NCBI GenBank assembly: GCA_963841435.1
Contig: CAWJCS010000005.1
Span: 1,568,001-1,632,000, forward strand
From: an uncultured delta proteobacterium
GTDB lineage: Bacteria > Myxococcota_A > Polyangia > Polyangiales > Polyangiaceae
Length of the DNA stretch: 64,000 bases
Direction: 5' to 3'
The notes beneath the pieces are model-generated. The model searched no databases. It was given only the letters and a program-made list of their open reading frames with translations, and had not been told where the DNA came from. The translations under genes were made by a program, and so were the position numbers. This document shows, one piece after another, positions 62,090 through 64,000 of the stretch. Within the stretch, counting starts at the first letter, position 1. Each line of letters begins with the position of its first letter.

Positions 62090-62402
62090 GGAAGGATGCT
62101 TGCGCATCCGTCACTTCGCCGCGGGCGCCGCTTCTCTCATCGCTCGATGGGGAGCGATGGCAACGGACGCCCCTCGGGGTTTCATGCCGAGCACGCGGGA
62201 TGGGTACTCATTCGCACCCACCCGCGTGCTCGGCTCCGAGGCTGGGCCCTTGCCCGGGACCTCGTTGGCCCGGGGCGGTGATCGACTAGGTCGACCACTG
62301 CCCCTGTCGGCGCTCGCAATTGGCCTAGCGAGCTTCGCCTTGGCGAGGCTCGCCAGATTGGGAAGCCAGCGAACTCAAAGCACGAGCGCGCCAGGCTTCC
62401 CC
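62090..62402 (-). ncRNA. Putative structured RNA or long 3' UTR (stacked hairpins)
   Basis: At least six inverted repeats, including perfect 14-bp GCCGAGCACGCGGG/CCCGCGTGCTCGGC (62186-62234); strand inferred from the adjacent microprotein gene. Confidence 0.4.
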
Positions 62403-62407
62403 ATCAC

Positions 62408-62524
62408 TCACTTGGCCTTCTTGCGGCGCTTCGCCCGACGCTTGCCCTTCTTCTTGGCAACCTTGGGGGCCTTCTTTGCAGCAGCCTTACGTGCAGTCTT
62501 TGAACGGGTCTTCTTTGCAGCCAT
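62408..62524 (-). CDS. 38-aa Lys/Arg/Ala-rich histone-H1-like microprotein
   Basis: MAAKKTRSKTARKAAAKKAPKVAKKKGKRRAKRRKKAK; AGGGAGG RBS upstream; too short for the ORF track. Confidence 0.8.
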   Translation of the reverse strand: MAAKKTRSKTARKAAAKKAPKVAKKKGKRRAKRRKKAK

Positions 62525-62587
62525 TTCTCGATGCCTCCCTTTGTTGGGGCCGGCTCTTAACCGAAACCCCTAGGGTATGTTGCAAGA

Positions 62588-62626
62588 CGTATATTGCCAC
62601 GTATGGGTGTCTGTCAACGAAAAAAA
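62588..62626 (-). promoter_or_regulatory. Sigma70-type promoter for the microprotein gene
   Basis: Minus strand: T-tract, perfect TTGACA (62617-62612), 18-nt spacer, TATACG (62593-62588). Confidence 0.6.
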
Positions 62627-62853
62627 TTCAGCGGTCGTATGGACGGCGCCTAAGCAGGCCGCATGAACCATGCAACAATTGCGTGGTGCGCACCCGTTTA
62701 GTTCCGGTCACCCGGCCGCGCGAGTTTTCTGGCTGCCCTGTACGAGGAGAGAAAAAGCTCGCTTGCTCGGGCACTTGACGCGTCACGTCGGATTGTCTCT
62801 AAGGGGCTCGAGGCAATCAAAGCCTCCACGAAAAAACTGAGGACTTGCCCCCC

Positions 62854-63669
62854 ATGCTCGACGCTCGCTCACTTCGTTGGATCTGCACCTTGCTCGCGTT
62901 GACGCTCAGCGCGTGCGGCTACTCCCAGGAAGAATGGGACCAGAAGGTGCGTGAGAACGCCGGCCTGCGTGACCAGCTCACGACCCAGCGCCAGGCACAC
63001 AAGAAGTGCGAGGCGGACTACGCCACCGCGCTCTCGCAAATCGACGAGCTCAAGCGCCAGCTCACCGAGCGCGGCGTCAACCTCGAGAACATGAGCGCGA
63101 GCCTCGCCGAGCAGAAGAAGGCGCTCGACGAGTACGCGCGCCGCACCGCTCAGCTCGACGCCATCCGCAAGCGCTTCGAGCTGCTGCAGCAGAAGCTCCA
63201 GAAGCTCACGCAGCTCGGTCTCCAGGTCGAGGTCCGCAACAACCGCATGCTGATCCGCCTTCCGGGCGACGTGCTCTTCGACTCCGGTTCCGACCGGTTG
63301 AAGAAGGAAGGCGAGAGCATCCTGCTGCAGGTTGCCGAGGTGGTCCGCACCGACGCCGACCTCTCGAAGCGCAACTTTCAGGTCGCGGGCCACACGGACG
63401 CCAAGCCGCTCAGTGGCGGTGGGTTCCGCGACAACTGGGGCCTTTCGGCCATGCGCGCGCGCTCCGTGCTCGTGCTGCTCACGACGCCCGTCGACAAGAA
63501 GGGCGGCGGGCTCGACCCCAAGAACTGGAGCGCCGCCGGCTACGCCGACACCGACCCCGTGGCGACCAACGACACGGACGACGGCCGCCAGAAGAATCGC
63601 CGGGTCGAGCTCGTCGTTCAGCCGAACGTCGAGGAAATGCTCAACCTGAAGAGCCTCGCAACGAAGTGA
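62854..63669 (+). CDS. OmpA/MotB-family lipoprotein with coiled coil
   Basis: LSAC lipobox, coiled coil, VLFDSGS, AGHTD, NWGLSAMRA, KNRRVEL. Confidence 0.92.
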   Translation: MLDARSLRWICTLLALTLSACGYSQEEWDQKVRENAGLRDQLTTQRQAHKKCEADYATALSQIDELKRQLTERGVNLENMSASLAEQKKALDEYARRTAQLDAIRKRFELLQQKLQKLTQLGLQVEVRNNRMLIRLPGDVLFDSGSDRLKKEGESILLQVAEVVRTDADLSKRNFQVAGHTDAKPLSGGGFRDNWGLSAMRARSVLVLLTTPVDKKGGGLDPKNWSAAGYADTDPVATNDTDDGRQKNRRVELVVQPNVEEMLNLKSLATK

Positions 63670-63676
63670 GCGGCTC

Positions 63677-64000
63677 GTGAGCGGCCACGCCGCCTCGCGG
63701 ATTGCCACGCTCGACATCGGAACCAATACAGTCCTCCTGCTCGTCGCCGAGCGCGGGCCCTCTGGGCTCGCGCCGGTGCTCGAGCGGGCGACCATCACAC
63801 GCCTCGGGGAAGGCGTGGACCGGTCGCGCGAGCTCGCGCCCGCGGCGCGGGAGCGGACGCTGCGCTGCCTGCGCGAGTACGCGGTCGAGCTCGAGCGCTT
63901 GGGCGTCGGGCGCGTCGCCGCCGTGGGCACGAGCGCGCTGCGCGACGCGCGGGGTGGTGACGAGTTCTGCGAACAGGTCCGCGCCGTGCTCGGCGTGGCG
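63677..64000 (+). CDS. ppx: Ppx/GppA exopolyphosphatase, partial (3' end off window)
   Basis: Hand translation: IATLDIGTNTVLLLVA, ITRLGEGVD, GTSALRDA. Confidence 0.88.
   Translation, partial: MSGHAASRIATLDIGTNTVLLLVAERGPSGLAPVLERATITRLGEGVDRSRELAPAARERTLRCLREYAVELERLGVGRVAAVGTSALRDARGGDEFCEQVRAVLGVA

Noticed and set aside
62854-63669. OmpA/MotB protein as a flagellar stator linked to the FliH-like gene
   Set aside because: Lipoprotein with coiled coil, no MotB transmembrane Asp motif and no motA neighbour; 8 kb from the FliH-like gene.

Overview
High-GC (roughly 70% by eye) bacterial chromosome segment. Gene content (FHA-sigma54 activator, TPR/PEGA-type protein, many Gly-rich-linker lipoproteins, AgmX/TonB-C-like lipoprotein) points to Myxococcota, probably Polyangiaceae-like (inference). 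It is mostly housekeeping: ligA, cinA, clpB, gyrB-recF-dnaN, ccmF, pyrH, SRP RNA, folE, cysS, pyrK-pyrD, rimI, purC, coaD and ppx. No CRISPR array, tRNA, rRNA, IS element or prophage was seen. Most notable observations: (1) a candidate replication origin upstream of dnaN, with DnaA-trio-like repeats, a GGCC linker and tandem degenerate DnaA boxes, but no dnaA beside it; (2) an unlisted 38-aa Lys/Arg/Ala histone-H1-like microprotein with a strong promoter and RBS, followed by about 300 nt of stacked hairpins; (3) an orphan FliH/SctL stator gene coupled to a 78-aa ORF and a site-2 protease; (4) pervasive leaderless-type -10 boxes, possibly implying an ATC start for recF; (5) Gly-linker lipoproteins carrying uncharacterised glycoside-hydrolase-like domains. 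Two genes carry 1-bp insertions that are probably assembly errors. All calls are from motif recognition only; no searches were run.
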